Below, piece by piece: positions 62,610-64,000 of a DNA stretch of 64,000 bases. A program made the position numbers and the translations under genes. The stretch's first letter is position 1, and every line of letters begins with the position of its first letter. Location of the stretch: positions 111,292,001 to 111,356,000 of the forward strand of contig NC_058368.1 in assembly GCF_018350175.1 (NCBI RefSeq), read 5' to 3'. The notes beneath the pieces are model-generated. The model saw nothing but the letters and a program-made list of their open reading frames with translations. It did no database searches and had not been told where the DNA came from. This DNA is from Felis catus. Taxonomy: Eukaryota.

Positions 62610-62980
62610 GTTCTCAGAGACTTTAAGGGGTTCATGAGATCAAAAGTATTTGTGTAATAACCTTACTACGTGATTTACCTTTTTACTTTCATTCTGTGTG
62701 GCGTGTATAGTGTAGTTTTCTGAAGGCATCATGGCATGTTCTATTGCACCAGATGGGATGCAGAAGATATGAGACTCCAACTATCTTCTGTTACGAGATG
62801 CCCCTAAATTTTAATATGTAATTGCTTTTAAGTTATTTTTAAACAAGTTCGTAAGTATTCACAAATTTTCTCAGTTTCTAATACATTGAATATTGATAGA
62901 GATGACCTGTGTAAAGTATAGCTCTCTGGGTCTCATCCTCATTAATTTTTACAAAGGAGGCCTTAAGCACAGAAAGTGAA
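62610..62980. mobile_element. Possible hAT-Charlie DNA transposon relic
   Basis: aggggttcatgagatcaaaagtattt..tagttttctgaaggcatcatggcatg resembles Charlie1-type sequence from recall; termini not resolved. Confidence 0.4.
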
Positions 62981-64000
62981 TGGGATTGATTCACCTAAAA
63001 GTGAGAATTAGGCTCATCTCTGGTTTGATATATGTGATCATATGTTGGGTGGATAGGTGAACAAATTTGGAGTTCTGTTAAAAAGGAAAAGGGTTGGGGC
63101 ACTTGGGTGGCTCAGTTGGTTAAGCATCCGACTTCAGCTCAGGTCATGATCTCACAGTTTGTGAGTTCAAGTCCCACATCAGGCTCTGTGCTGACAGCTC
63201 AGAGCCTGAAGCCTGCTTCAGATTCTGTTGTCATCTCTCTCTGCCCCTTCCCTGCTCCCACACCATCCCTCCCTCCCTCCCTCTTTCCCTTTGTTTCTCA
63301 AATATAAATACACATGAAAAAAAAAAAAAGGAAGAGGGTTAATTGCTGCTGGGCAGGTATCCCATATACTGTGTTTAGCATATTATATTCACTTCATGGA
63401 ATAAAGTATGTGTAGCTGAGTTAGGTAGTCAGGATACCTCAGTTTAAAGTAAAAGTTTTAGTACATTTTAATTTTAAATTTAATTTATATTGGTATTGAC
63501 TTCATTAATTTTTCTTAAGAGACTTTTGGGTTTGGTGTTGGATTCTAGTTATTTTGACATTAGATCCAAATAATTTCTTTAATTCAGTCATTGAAGAGTA
63601 CACTTTTTTTTTTTTTTTTTTTGCTGAGAGAGCAAGGGAGAGACAGAGTGCAAGCAGGGGAGGGGCAGAGAGAGATAGGGAGGCATGGAATCTGAAGCAG
63701 GCTCCAGGCTCTTAGCTGTTAGCACAAAGCCCAGTGCGGGGCTTGAACCCATAAACCGTGAAATCATGACCTGAGCCGAAGTCAGACACTTAACTGACTG
63801 AGCCACCCAGGCAGGTGTCCTGAGGAGTATGTTTAAGTTTTAGGTAATAGTATTAATTAGCATTGATATATATTTAGATACTAAGTATTCTGTGTATTTT
63901 AAACTCAGATTTTATATGAAGCCTTAGAATATCTCCTGCTGCCAAAATGAGTTTTTCATGGTTTGAGAATTTACCCCATTCCCTTCTCTAATTACTAGAG

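Noticed and set aside
50165..64000. DDX46 truncation after exon 15
   Set aside because: Exon 15 ends in a normal donor; the rest is repeat-rich intron and the window simply ends

Overview
Mammalian genomic DNA, almost certainly from a felid (cat family), judged by the dense CAN-SINE/SINEC_Fc-type repeats and carnivore L1 fragments. The window holds two + strand spliced genes. CAMLG is complete: 4 coding exons, 1295-10826, 295 aa, with an in-frame upstream ATG at 1283 giving 299 aa. DDX46/Prp5 is present as its first 15 coding exons (15347-50164, 1951 coding nt) and runs off the window inside intron 15. All exon boundaries are GT-AG and phase-consistent. Introns are packed with SINEs, mostly antisense L1 pieces, older L2/MIR/MLT/hAT relics and a U6 snRNA pseudogene. 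I found no new multi-gene system, and the remaining ORFs in the track are repeat-derived or incidental. The most interesting signal is in DDX46 intron 12, which is repeat-free and holds several strong splice sites, each leading to a premature stop (candidate poison/decoy exons); intron 10 has a similar candidate. Other leads are a DDX46 uORF, a polyadenylated LTR-like insert, a four-layer nested retroelement stack, repeated insertions at one target site and an unexplained 39-bp direct repeat. Gene and repeat identities rest on my recognition of the sequences, not on database searches.
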